Assembly: GCF_018977255.1 (NCBI RefSeq)
Contig: NW_024704742.1
Span: 88,848,001 to 88,912,000, forward strand
Direction: 5' to 3'
Length of the DNA stretch: 64,000 nucleotides
Source of the DNA: Callorhinchus milii
Lineage: Eukaryota
The notes under the pieces are model-generated. The model was not told the DNA's origin, made no database searches, and was given only the letters and a program-made list of their open reading frames with translations. Both the position numbers and the translations under genes were made by a program. This document shows, piece after piece, positions 1-12,854 of this stretch; the first letter of the stretch is position 1, and each line of letters begins with the position of its first letter.

Positions 1-329
1 ATCCTTTACTCAGGGTGCTTCACTGATTTTATAATTTCAACTATGCGGTTTAATTAATCTCCTTCAACCTGTCAACCTCAGTCACCCTGCAAGCCAGTCT
101 CTGATTAGTTTTCACCAGCTAAACATGGATTCTCAAAACCCTCAACAGGAACAGACAGATTGAAAGGATGCTACCATTTTTTTTGAAAAAAAGGAGTAAG
201 AACAAGGAAATTTACTGTTCTTTGCCATTTTTTCTCCATTCCTGAGGTCGCTTACTCATGCAGGATTAGCAGTTCCATGGACCCCAATGTAATCAGTCTG
301 ACCAATTGTCCATTCTTATTATATAACAG

Positions 330-1140
330 TGACAATGCAAGGGCGGGAGCAAAAAGTATTGAATGAGATGAAGTGGAAGCAGTGGGTGAAGTAGGATTGA
401 AACCAGTAGAGCGTGGTTCCACAAAGGTGGACGAGAGAGGAAAGGTGATCAAGGAGGGTGGAGTAGTCAACAGCATCAGAAAACAGCAGAGTGATCAGAG
501 AGGACAAGGAAGTAGAAGGAACCCTAGTCAGAGAGAGTGAGGGTACATCATTACTGATTTCGTCGAGCGCTGTCTCAGTACTGACTTCCTGTCTCAGAAG
601 GACTCAAGCAAAGAGTGGAGACAGATGTGAACAGAGTTGAATGAGTGCAACAATGCGATCAAGAACTTTGGAAAGGAACAGCAAATTGGAGTTGGAGCAT
701 TAATTGGAGAACTTGGAAGGATCAATGGTTTTGAAGAAGGGGTGATGGTGGTTTTCAAGGGAAGGGGACAGTGCCAGAAAAGAGGGACAGGTTGACTTTG
801 TCTACCAATAGGAGGCAAAGGAGGGGCTATCGAGTGGTTAGAGGCTGATGCAGGGTGATGGGGAGTGGGATGGGGGGTAAACGGCAGTAGGTGGTACGTT
901 TTGTGTGAGTGAGTAGAGAAGGGCAAAGGAGAAATGGTGGCAACGTGTGCTTCATAGGGATATTGGAAGGGGGCACAGGGGAGGTGGGATGGAATGGAAG
1001 GAAGGAAAGGAGAGGAGGAGAAAGATGCAGCTTGGCAGATTTTGCTGAAGAGATGACCTCCCCCATTTGGAATAAAAGGTGAGGATGGAGGTGGCTTGGG
1101 AGGAGGAGAGGACTGGAGGAGTTGATTAGTGATGGAGAAC
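330..1140 (-). mobile_element. Degraded internal L2 LINE fragment (linker and RT N-terminal region)
   Basis: Minus-strand translation SDAVDYSTLLDHLSSLVHLCGTTLYWFQSY resembles [33 protein letters not shown] of the full L2 at 50471-52333. Purine-rich + strand as in other minus-strand L2 copies. Confidence 0.75.
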
Positions 1141-3769
1141 CAGAGCCATAATTTGTCTGAGTCATGTGGCCCTCCCCTTTAAGGAAAATATTCCACTGCA
1201 CATGTCCAGCAGTGTAGTATCAGTACTTTGCCATAATCCATACCATCCCCATGCACAGCACCGTACCCTCTTTGCTGCATATCGACTGCAGGAGATGTAT
1301 AACACTACTTGGCAGCTAACAAATGTAAGTATTCAGCACGCTTTCATTTCTTACTGTGAATTCTCTATGCTAGCAATTGAAATGGTGCTAAAAGCTATGT
1401 GCTTTTTTCCTCTGTTGTTTTTTTTTCCCCCAGGGTCAACATTTGATCTCCCTGGCAATCCACCAGTCTGTGCAAGACTGATCTTGCTGTTGGTCTTGGG
1501 GCTATGCATCTGATCCATTACATATGTTTGATCCATCCATTATTCCTTGTGATCTGAAGCTGTAAGGGTCCTACATAAAATTTGTCTTGAGCGTCTCGTT
1601 CCCCAGAGGGGAGCTGGGTCCACAGCACAAAACTGACTGTACTTCATATTAAATTGCCACCACGTTGTGACTCTCAGTAAGAGAACTACAGAGATCACTG
1701 GTTTAGGAAGTTAAACAATTCAGAGGAGTGCTCTTCTCAATTTGAAGTTAAAGGAGAAATGTGTTCTGCCAATTGTCACATAATGATTGAAACTCCATTA
1801 CCTTTATTGATATCTTGGTACATTACTTTGGTGTTTTGCTTGAGCACTGAGCTATTTCAAACATAACAACCGGTCTTCTCCTTGAATGACTTTTTCTACC
1901 CTCCAGAATATAGCCTCAATGACTTTATGTCACCTCACTGCTTCTGAAACCTTTATCCATGCTTCTGTCACCTGAAGGATTGATAATTCCAATGATCTAT
2001 TCACTGGCCTTCACAGTGTCACTCTCCAGAAAGCTCTAACTATGGACCCTTACAGAAATCAGCAATATCTTCCAATCTTACTCAACTATCTATACTCTCC
2101 ACTTGTCAGACTTGGTCTATAGTTTGCTCTTCACTCCCACCTCTCATCGTTGCTGAGGTTTACAGTTTGAATGCATTTTCACAATGCATTCCCCATTCAT
2201 TAACTATCACCAGTATGAAATAAAGAACGCATTATCAATGTGAAAGTGTTCCTAATCCATGCTCTCAAGGCAGGGTAAGGACTAAAGATTGACAGGTTGG
2301 CATATTTGATCAGGGAGGACAGCTTTAATTGGGCCATTTCATACTCATTTCCCCCATTAACCGGTTATCCAATAACCTAGCTTCAGGTCCAACTATTGTG
2401 AATAGCTTTGGGAGAAGAATTAGTAGATTAAGACACCTAATTGGCCATAATTTAATATTATACTGATTCAATCATCACAAGTTTCAGCTTGGAGATGGCG
2501 AATAGCTTTTTGATGACAACATGACATTGCTTGGTTAAATGCCACCTCAGTTAGAGTATATGAATGCAACACAGGTCTCATTAACTACTGTGTGAAAGCA
2601 TTCCCCAAATCTCCTGTGTGCCAGTGTTTACTTTTGCTGAGCCTTCAGAAAGATACGAAAGTGATGAAGTTTTCAATTCAAAAGAGTCATTGGTCCTCCA
2701 GGACACTTGGCATTTAGGTGCAACCTGCTTCTTGCATAGTCACACATCATTTGCACATTTAGGGAAGGAAGTGCCTTGTGGTTAGTGTAGGTAATCAAGC
2801 TGACAGTGGGCTCCCCAATAGCTACGTATCTACAGTCAATGATCCCTTGTACTTTGGCATCGCTTACTAAAAAAAATGTCACTGGCCCTCAACCTGCTTT
2901 TGCTGCATTCTGGAAATATGAATCACTTTCTAAAGCCTTTAAGGAAAAACTAGCTGTGACCTGCTCAATGCAATGACACATTGGGGAATATCTTATTGCT
3001 GAGCTGGTGATCGGAAAGAGCCTGTTGCATACTTTACAATACCTCAATTGCTGCGTTTCATACAGGTTTAGCCTCTACAGGCACAGTTCCATATACACAT
3101 CTACATAGATGCAATAGATGCGCTAGTCCGAAACACTGACTGTTTAGCGCCTTGGGATGTCCTCCCAGAGTGAAACGAGCTTTATAAATGTAATTTTGTT
3201 GTTGTTGTACTTCAGATAAGCATATTTGTCAGAGATGGAACACTTCAGCGTCCTCTTCATTTATCACAACAACAAATTACATTCACATATCATCTTTCAT
3301 TTCAGGAGGACATCCACATTATGTGCAAAGTTATTTGGAGCTACATGAATTGCAGCTCCCATTTTACTTATAGTTTACAAATTAAGATCTCTGTACACAG
3401 CTCAAGAGCTTTCAATAAGAGTTAGATTCAAACTCCACAAACCCCAGTGACTATTTTTACCATGAGTATTTAGTATCATTAATTGGAGATTTGTAGCTAT
3501 AGAGGAATCCACTGCGTTAACAACAACTTGCATTTATATAGTGCCCTTCATGTGGGGTAGCAACCCAGAGCGCTTGTGTTAGAATCCACTGTGTTAGCAA
3601 TGATGAGAGGCTGGGTAGAATGGGGTTATACATATTTTTAAAAAATTGATCACTTAATTGGCTACTGTATTTCACCCACAAAATAATTAGTGAATCCACT
3701 TAACAGAATATTAGAGCTGTCCAACGACGTGATAAGATGCTATACCAAATGCTAGGATTATTATTATTA

Positions 3770-3970
3770 TATTCTTTAGAGGAGAGGAGGTTAAGGGGCA
3801 ATTTGATTGAAGCATTCAAAATAATGAAAGAAATTGATATGTGAGATAGTAGATGGTTCTACGCTTTTCTAGAAGGAACTATTACAAGAGGCATAGCCTT
3901 AAATTCAGAACAAAGATGGTTAGATATGAGGACAGGAAACATTTCTTCCCAGAAAGCTGCAGAGGTGGAA
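3770..3970 (+). mobile_element. Degraded CR1 LINE 3' fragment
   Basis: tctttagaggagaggaggttaaggggcaatttgattgaagcattcaaaataatgaaa matches the SLEQRRLRGDLIEVFKIMK segment of the CR1 at 42050-42105. Confidence 0.65.
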
Positions 3971-3980
3971 TCAATAGGGA

Positions 3981-4230
3981 TAATAATAATAATCCTTGCA
4001 TTTAATATAGCGCCTTTCACGTCTTCTAGTCATCTCAAAGCACTTCACAGCATATACTGTAAAATGAATTGACTGTATATTTGTGGGCGAATCGCAGCAG
4101 CCAATTGTGCACAGCAGTGTCCCACAAACAGTCGTGACCAAATTGAGAGACCAAATTATTATTATTTTGTTGAGGGATTATTACCCCCAGAAAAGCGATC
4201 CGTCAATCAACTAACAACCTGGTGTTTAAA
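3981..4230 (-). mobile_element. 5'-truncated tRNA-Ala-type SINE (intermediate subfamily)
   Basis: (TTA)n tail, 3' stem-loop and body align by eye to the copies at 46188-46570 and 29843-30213. Confidence 0.85.
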
Positions 4231-4944
4231 TGGACAGGTATCTGGATAACAGAGGTATGAAGGGGGAAGGACAGGATTGGGTTCCGTTCTGACAACAACA
4301 ACATATTACATTTGTATAGCGCCTTTCATGTCGGGAGGATGTCCCAAGGTGAAGACGGTCAGGGATTTGGACAACCCCACTTAATGCACAGCTTATCAAC
4401 ACTCCCTACCTAGGCTCATACAGAATAACCTCAGCAGGCGCCCATGCTTTTAGCAGATGAGGGAAACAAAATTGAAAGGAAAATAATAAATAAGTACAAA
4501 CAATAAATAAGAAAACAATTCGCCATCTTTAAAAGTGCCAAAATATTTTGATTCTTATTCCTAAAAAAATCACAAAACTTAAACAAAACTTTTTTAAAAA
4601 GATGTAATGAACAATTGCCAGGACTATTTCACTTTAAAAACAAGAGAGATGGTTCCTTCGAGTCAGCCATATTCTCCAGTGCAATAACAATATATACGTT
4701 ACCAACTAATTTCACACAGCTCAGCTGTCAGCTGAAAATTGTGGTTCACTTACAGTTGGAAAAACCATCTGCTTTGGTCTCAAGTGCCTGAACAGAGACA
4801 CACAGCTGCATAATAAGTAATATAGAGGGGGACATTGTGCCAAACACTTAACACACTGTTGTTCATTTTATTAAATCTTGTCATTGTATTGTAGATAAAT
4901 TCAACACTTCTTAAATGTCCCTAAATATAATATTTTACTCCACT

Positions 4945-7260
4945 GAGGGCAATTTCAACCTTCATCTCAAATCCTTCTGCCTCACTTCCTCTGACTTCAC
5001 GGCACTCCTCTCCACCCTAAATCTCACCCTCCATATAAACTCCCCGACCCACAATCTTGGCTTCCCCCCCGAGACTCTCACAAATGCCCTCCTGTCCTCA
5101 GACCTCCACTTCCTCTGGCCTTCCAATTGCAGAGATCCTGATGCAGCCGTAAAGCTGCTCAATGATCGCCTCTCCTCCACCTTCAACTCCCTTGTGTCCC
5201 TAAACTCCGGGATCATCTCCACACCTACCCACTCCCCCTGGTACAACAGCCATTACCGCTCCCTAAAATCACAAACCCAGTTGCTCGAGCCCAGGTGGCA
5301 GCAAACCAGCCTCACAGTTCACCAGCAGCTTTGGGTTGAGCACCTTTACACCTACCGCTGTTCCCTCTCACAAACAAAAACTGTGTACCACTCAAAGATC
5401 ATTGTGGAGGCCAAAAACAGCTCCAAATTCCTATTGTCCACCACCCATCATCTCCTCCAGCACCCTCAATTATTATGTCAAACACCAAGTGTGAATTGGT
5501 CGTGGACTTCCTTACCTCTAAAATAGAAAACATCCACCTGTCAGCCTCATTCCCCTGCCCCGTGACCCCTACTACCCCACCCCTTTTCCGTCTCCTTCAC
5601 CCACCCCTCCCTCAGCTATTACCATGGCCCCAACCTACATTCCTTTGCCCCCATCTCTCCTTCCTCCCTCACATCCTCCACCACCCTGATGAAACCCTCC
5701 ACCTGCTGCCTCAACCCCCTCCCCATCCAGCTGCTGATCACCCAGTTCCCCCTCCTCTGCCAACTGCTGGCAGACACCATTAATCAATCCCTCTCCTCAG
5801 CATCAGTTCCACTCCCCGTGAAAATGGCTGTCATCACCACCCTCCTTAAAAACCTAGCATTAAGCCCTCCAACCTTGGCCACTAACGCTCTATCTCAATC
5901 CTGTCATTCTTGGTCAAAGCTTTGGAACATGTTATTGCCAACCAACTTCACGCACACATCAACCTCCGCTCCCTACTCGCACCCCTCCAGTCCGGTTTCG
6001 GCCCTGCCCACAATACAGAAACAACGCTCGTGAAAGTCACAAATGATGCCCTCTTTATCTGGGACCAGGGCTCCCTCTGCCTCCTTGTCCTCCTGGACCT
6101 CTCTACCACGTTCAACACATTCGATCACATCATCCTCCTCCACCTCCTCTCCTCTATCATCCATCTCAGTGGGACCAGTTCGAGTCCTACGTTACAAACT
6201 GCCAGCACTTAATTTCCACAAATGGTTTTTCTTCTCGCCCCCGCCCGGTGACTTGCAGGGTACCCCAAGGCTCTATCCTTGGCCCCCTTCCTCAGCTATA
6301 TGCTCCCTCTTGGTGATGAAATCCGCGGGCACGGGATTAACTTTCACATGTATGTGGATGACACTAAACACTACCTCTCCTCCTCCAGTCCTCTGATGCT
6401 CTGTCATCTTGTTTGACCGACATCAAGTCCTGGATGCGTGCAAATTTCTTACCGTTAAAAGTCAACAAGATGGAAGCCATACACTTTGTCTCCCAATGAT
6501 GTCTTCTGTCCTGCAGTTCCGACCTCCTCAACCTACCCAATCTGTTCTTAAAACTCTCTGACCCATGGGCGTCAGATTCAATCCCCAGTTGTCCTTCCTC
6601 CCCCACATCCGATCCCTGACCAGGACCGCTTTCCTCCACCTCTGGCACATTGCCCGTCTCCGACAATACCTCACTCCACAAGCTGCCGAAACACTTGTCC
6701 ACACCTTCATCAACTCTTGGCCGGACTACTCTCACGTCCTCCTCACTGGTCTTCCCTCCTCCAGTATACACAAAATTCAACTCATCCTAAACTCTATCTG
6801 CATTCTCACCTTCACTAAACTCTGCACCTTGATTACCCCAGTCCTTGCCAAACTGTCACAGAGCAGATCGACTTCAAGATCCTCACTCTTGTGTTTAAAT
6901 CCCTCCACATCTTGGCACCCCCTATCTCTCCAGCCTCCTCTCTCCTCACAGCACGACCCGCTGTCTCTGCTCTACTGGCTCTGATCTTCTCCTTGTCCCT
7001 CGAATCCTCCGCTTCACAATAGGCGGCCGCGCCTTCAGCCACTACTCCCCGAAGCTATGGAACTCCGTCCCTCAATCCCTTTGCCTTGACTTTCTTTCCC
7101 AATATTCAGGTTGTGCCTTAAAACCTTCCTCTTCAAACATGCCTTTGGTCACTTTCCCCCTCCCCTTGGCTCAGCATCGGGCTCAACCATTGTTAAGCGC
7201 TCTGGGACGCCGCCCAGTGTGGAGGGCACTATATAAATGCAAGTTGGTGTTGCTGTTGTT
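4945..7260 (+). mobile_element. 5'-truncated degraded L2 LINE (older subfamily), endonuclease C-terminus through RT to tail
   Basis: Fragments GNFNLH, SPWY, LQSGF..HNTETTLVKVTND, LLDLSTTFNTFDH, HMYVDD, HIARLRQYL across frameshifts. Ends in stem-loop gcgctctgggacgccgcccagtgtggagggcac and (TGT)n-like tail. Confidence 0.92.
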
Positions 7261-8004
7261 ATAGGGGTATCTTCTGCCACCTTAGACAACTGGACAGTTT
7301 GGTATTTGGATTTTGATATGGGCTGTTGTCAGGTAAGTTCCACAACTACTGCAGTAGGTTTGTTTCTTTAGCTTTGCCTGGACTGGTTTTGCAGATCACT
7401 TCTTTCCTCCCCTGCAGATGATGTTCTCTACTCCCATGAATCATATACCCTCACTATAACGTGGACAGCCAGAAACTCATGTCTCTTTTCCAGAGAGGAT
7501 TATTGAATTTGACTGCAAACAGAGACAGACATGTCTCTTTGAACAAGTGAATTCACTGTTTCCAACCTAACCCTTAAGCTTGGTAATGAATTGTAAAACT
7601 GGTGAAGTTACATTAATGCTCTATGTAATCTCTTCAACTTTTTTGAAACAAGATAAACACACAGCTGAAAATGAATGGCAACAATTTGCACCTATTCTAA
7701 GATTAAACAACACAAAAGTGAAGGAATAATGATATGTTTGACAACAAAATGTCAGAAATGAGCTAGTCCTCTGTGCCAGTCATGGCAGCCCAGTTCCTCA
7801 GCCAGGTGGATCCGTTGTATTCCAGGGCACTGCTAATGACAGCACAGCCAGGCTGGCTCATGGCAGGACAAACCAATCCTTGGGGTCAAGGATTCATCCC
7901 ATTCACCGCCTGTTAACCTTGCAAGCCAAGCCCTAGTGGGTAGGGTCCTAGCTGGACAACCAGCAGAAAAACAGGCACCCAATGGTAAGCTTTACGTTTT
8001 AAGC

Positions 8005-8335
8005 TCATTAGACTCCAACAGTACCTCAACACATACTGTGGGATCCCCAAGGTTTGGTACTTGCCAATCTGTGCCTAATAATATGCGGAATTAGGTAAGC
8101 AGGCTGCATCGCTCCAAGGATAGAATGCGCATTCCATTCCAATAAATATCTTAGGTGGAATGCATTGAACTCTCCGTTTGGTTTGGATACTCTAAAGCAG
8201 GGATGGCCAACTTGTGGCCTGTGGGAGCGCATTACACATGCGTAAAATAGTCCCATAGGCCACAAATTGGCCATTCCTGCTCTAACGTACGGTGAAGGAT
8301 TTCCACATGTCAGATACCCGGTTGAGGAATAGTGG
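8005..8335. repeat. Unclassified ancient interspersed repeat, copy 1 of 6 (interrupted by hAT MITE)
   Basis: Shares ordered motifs tagactccaaca / ccccaag / gaattag.taag / attccattccaata / tttggatactct / tttccacatgt with 42265-42525. Confidence 0.75.
8198..8279. mobile_element. 82-bp hAT (Charlie-like) MITE
   Basis: About 29-bp imperfect TIRs CAGGGATGGCCAACTTGTGGCCTGTGGGA / TCCCATAGGCCACAAATTGGCCATTCCTG. 8-bp TSD CTCTAAAG (8190-8197) / CTCTAACG (8280-8287). Confidence 0.85.
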
Positions 8336-8476
8336 TCATCACTGGTAATGATGCAGTAAATCTGTTTTCCTTGTCCTCCCTAATCATAAGCTTTTACAAC
8401 ATAGAAATAGACTATTTGTCCAAACAGTTTTGCACTGGTGTTTTTTTCCATATGAATCACCTGGTCTAATGATAAT

Positions 8477-8590
8477 CTATAATAATAATAATTTTTGCAT
8501 TTGATATAGCGCTTTTCACGTCTTCTAGATGTCTCAAAGCGCTTCACAGAATATGCTGTAAAGTGAATTGATTGTATATTTGTGGGCGAA
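8477..8590 (-). mobile_element. SINE 3' fragment
   Basis: (TTA)n tail, stem-loop and cagtcaattcactttacag-like body. Confidence 0.8.
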
Positions 8591-8885
8591 ATCTTTTGCT
8601 TACTCTCTTGTCTCTTAATCTCTTATAATCTCTTACTTACTCCCTGGGATCTTTAATATCCATCCTCGTTCTCGCCTCCAGCAATAAAAATAAAAAGCAA
8701 AAAATTAAAAGTACCTAATTTTTCAACATTAGCATCCATTATTTTTGACTCCTTCATTACCCAACTGAGGAACCATAAATATTTACAGCACATTTGACCC
8801 ATCATGTCTATGGTGCTCTTTTAAGAGCAATCCTTTCAGTCCCATTTACCTGCTCTTTCCCCATACCCTTGCAGTTGACATTGTT

Positions 8886-9120
8886 TTTCTCTTTGACCGA
8901 GCCTTCAGCTCCCCTCTCGACTCTCTTCCCCCTCCTCGCTCCCTCCCTTCCCTCCCCTTACCCTGACCATTTCCCCCCTCCTCGCTCCCTCCCTTCCCTC
9001 CCCTCACCCTGACCATTTCCCCCCTGCTCGGGTCATGACCCAACTGTGCAGCGCCTTGGGACGTCCTCCTGACGTGAAAGGCGCTTTATAAATGGAATCT
9101 TGTTGTTGTTGTTGTTGTTT
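8886..9120 (+). mobile_element. Young L2 3'-terminal copy (about 235 bp)
   Basis: Near-identical to 52128-52360 including the duplicated ~45-nt 3'UTR unit, stem-loop and (TGT)n. Confidence 0.95.
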
Positions 9121-9448
9121 TAGATAATTATCTGGTTGCATATGACAGATGTGTAGTGTAATCAACTTTACACAGACCATTTGAACAATTCATCACCTAC
9201 ATTAACCTAGAACAATGAAAACGCCATCAGTCTCTGTATAGACCATACCACCACTTGAATAATAGCTAATTCATTGCTGTGGGTTACCCAGGCTAAAAAT
9301 ACTGAAATACACAAAACAGAAGCAAACTCTTTTTAATATTTGATGTTTACAAAGAACAAAATCAAAAATGACATTGAATTACACAGAATGTTGCAGCACG
9401 ATAATAGGCAATTTGGCTTAACTATCCCATGTTTTTGTTTATACCATT

Positions 9449-11188
9449 AACCTCTGGCTCTGTTCCCATTCCCCTCAAAACTGCCACCATCACTCCCACA
9501 CTGAAAAAACCCACCGTTGATGCGTCGCAGCTATCAAGCTACTGGCCCATCTCCAACCTCCCCTTCCTGTCCAAGGTTCTCGAAAGGGTCGTCGCCTCCC
9601 AGCTGCGCTATTTCCTCTCCTCCCATTCACTTTTTGAACCCCTCCAGTCGGGTTTCCGTGCTGCTCATAGCCACTCTATTCTCCTCCACCGCTTGTCCTC
9701 CCACCTCAACCTTCAAGGCCCTGTCCTTGAGTGGCTTAGGTCCTGCCTCTCCCACTGTCATCATTTTGTCTCCGCTAACGGCTTTTCCTCCACCCCCCGC
9801 ACTGTCTCGTGCGGTGTCCCTCAGGGCTCTGTCCTCGGTCCCCTCCTTTTCACCCTCTATATAATAATAATAATAATAATCCTTGCATTTTGATATAGCA
9901 CTTTTCATGTCAGGAGGACGTCCCAAAGCGCTTCACAGAATATACTGTAAAGTGAATTGACTGTATATTTGTGGGCGAACGCGGCAGCCAATTGCGCACA
10001 GCAATGTCCCACAAACAGTCGTAGATTGAAAATGACCAATTTATTATTGTTTTTGGTTTTGGAGGGATTATTATTAGGCGTGTGGAGTAAGGAAACTTGC
10101 CCAAGGTTTCGCCCTGCCTGGAATTGAATTCAGGTCTCTCGCTTAAATATATGCTCCCCCTTGGTGACATCATCCGCAGACATGGGGTTAACTTCCACAT
10201 GTATGCGGATGACAACTCTACCTTTCCTCCTCTACCCTCAACTCCACGACCACCGATGTCCTGACAGCTGCCTGTCCGACATCGAGTCCTGAACAAGAGA
10301 CAACTTTCTTCAGCTCAACGTGCGCAAAAATGAGGCCCTCCTGATTGGCTCACGTCAGCGCCTCCGCACCTCAGGCGCTGATAGCATCAGCATCCAAGGC
10401 TGCACTCTCCACCTCTCAAAGCCGGTCAGGAACCTCGGTGTTCTGTTCGACCCTGAGCTGTCCTTTCTCCCTCATATCCGCTCCACAACTGGCACCGCCT
10501 TCCACCACCTACGGAACATCGCCAGACTACGGCACTACCTCACCCCTCACGCTGCTGAAACTCTGGTCCACGCCTTTATCACCTCAAGGCTGGACTATGG
10601 GAACTCTCTCCTCGCCGGCCTTCCCGGCACCTCCCTCCACAAGCTGCAGGTCATTCAGAACTCTGCAGCTCGTGTAATGTCCCGCACCAGGCTTCGTGAC
10701 CACATCACTCCCACCCTCGCTCGCCTCCACTGGCTCCCCATCCCCCAGAGGATCGAATTCAAGATCCTCAGCCTCACCAATAAGGCCATTCACGGCCTTG
10801 CTACCTCCTACCTCTCTGACCTACTATCCCCCTACTTACCTGCCCGTACCCTCCGTTCCTCTGGCTCCGGTCTGCTCCACATCCCCCGCCCCAACCGCCC
10901 TACCATCGGTGGCCGGGCCTTCAGCCTCTCAGCCCCGAGGCTCTGGAACTCTATCCCCCAGTGCCTTCGCCGCCTCCTCCCTTTCCTCCTTCAAGGCCGG
11001 TCTCAAGACCTTTCTCTTCGGCCGTGCCTTCAGCTCCCCTCTCGACTCTCTACCCCTCCTCGTTCCCTCCCTTCCCTCCCCTCACCCTGACTATGTCGCC
11101 CCTCCTCGGGTCCCGATCCAACTGTCCAATGCCTCGTGATGTCCTCCTGACGTGAAAGGCGCTCTTTTAATGCAATCTTGTTGTTGTT
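9449..11188 (+). mobile_element. 5'-truncated young L2 (RT and C-terminus) with internal 111-nt deletion and nested SINE
   Basis: ORFs 9429-9893 and 10320-11090 match the L2 RT at 50471 onward. Tail tgcaatcttgttgttgtt. Confidence 0.95.
9863..10144 (-). mobile_element. Young tRNA-Ala-type SINE, 5'-truncated, nested antisense in L2
   Basis: Near-identical to 34707-34990. Flanked by TATAT (9858-9862 and 10148-10152), a duplication of the L2 sequence ctcTATATgctcc. Confidence 0.93.
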
Positions 11189-12112
11189 ATACTCACACAA
11201 TGGTCCACACTCCCTGTTCCCTTCTCCCTCGTGAACAAGGTTTCATTTTTGTAGCTGTGTAACTGCATCAATAAGAATCTATCTAGATACTGTATTATGG
11301 CACATCTCTGTTACCATGTCACTATTTAGTTCTGGTGCTCGGGTTTTATTGTCCGAGAATGTTTTACTCATTCTCTGAAAACTAGCGTGGACAACTCAAC
11401 TTGTTCATGGAGCAAGGTAAATCTTCTTCTGCATTCAAGATTCTTCTCCCCCAAGGCTGAGTAAAGCACTGCACATCCACTGAAGTCTCTAATGCATATT
11501 AAAGAGCTGAGAGTATGATTGACTCTCTAATAATATCAAAGGCCTTAGCCGTGTCTAATAGACTGCACAAAAACATAGAAACATACCCGATTTTAAGTTG
11601 GCTTAAGAGATTGGTTACCATCAGTGATTATTTTCCTTTTTATATCCACACTAAAATTGCAGTAGCAAAAGAGTGTAACATATCACATAGCTCAAGCAAT
11701 ACATTTGTCCACTTAAATCTCTTTCATTCCATGGAATAATATGCAGTGAATTCTAATGTCCCTCTGATACTGGAAGTGAAGCAATATTACTTCCAAGCAC
11801 AGCATAACAAACTGGTCACTGAGCAGCTTACTGAATAAAAACCGAGGTGATGAGTCACCATTAGCTCCAAGGTCAAAATAAAAGAAGACGAGATATAAAT
11901 TAAACTGAAGGTTTATTAAATGGTATAGACAACATTCACAACAGCACCAACACATTTCAGTTGTATAGCATCGCTCACTTTGGCAGGATGACCCAAGGTG
12001 TTACATACAAACTTTTTTTTAATGTTGTCTTAGCCTGTTTATAGGACAGATGGATTAACGTCTGTTGGAAAGTTGCAGGATCAGGAAACGAGCACACTTG
12101 TGTTGAACAGGG

Positions 12113-12600
12113 TGTTAGCCTGGCTCAGTTGGTAGCGCTCTCACCTCTGGGTCAGAAGGTTGGGGTTTGAAGTCTCAGGTTGGGATTCAACCTCAAAATC
12201 TAGGCTGACCCTTCAAGGTGTAGTATTAAGGAAGATGCTATCCTTTGTTTTAAAGATTAATTGGCTGTCGCATTTCACCCACAAAATGCAGTCATTACAC
12301 TTTACAGTATATGCCATGAAGCGCTTTGAGACGTCTCAAAGATATGATGAGGAGCAATATCAAACACAAGGATTATTATTATTATGAAACCTAGGTCCCA
12401 TCAGTCTGTTCAGGTGGACTTGAATGATCCCATGACTCTATTCAACACGGGAAAGCAGTTTCTCTCAGTAGCTTTTCTTTTTCAGATTATTGGTCATTCA
12501 TTGCACTGACTGTGTCTGGTCACTTGCTGTGTGCAAAACCTGCTTTACAAAAGCAGTCTCTACATTTAACAGTATATTACTGGGACAAACTGTGAGATAT
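12113..12600 (+). mobile_element. Old Deu-domain tRNA-SINE with a nested SINE 3' fragment (about 12258-12385)
   Basis: Head tggctcagttggtagcgctctcacctctgggtcagaagg. Deu-like core ggtcccatcagtctgttcaggtggacttgaatgatcccatg. Confidence 0.75.
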
Positions 12601-12800
12601 TTCAAGGTAATACAGAACTACAAAACTGCAATTTTTTCATGAACACTGCTACTGATGCAAATATAAATCATCCTTTCAGCTAAAAGCTTGGAGATAGCAG
12701 TCCCTGCCATTCTCTATGTCTGTCTGTGCGGACATCTTTGTAACATAACCTCCCTTTTCGACCTTCTTCTGTACACTCAGCCCAGATGTCCTGCTCCTAC

Positions 12801-12854
12801 CTGATTTTATAGACAGGCAGTGTAGTTCTTCCTTCTGCTGTATCAGCAGACATG
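12801..12854 (-). other. Candidate 54-nt internal exon (unverified)
   Basis: Acceptor ttcttcactctctcttag, donor CAG|gtagga, length divisible by 3, two open frames (MSADTAEGRTTLPVYKI or ACLLIQQKEELHCLSIKS). No homologue recognised. Confidence 0.3.

Noticed and set aside
1590..1620. CTCF-like ccccagaggggagc
   Set aside because: Several mismatches to the core consensus.
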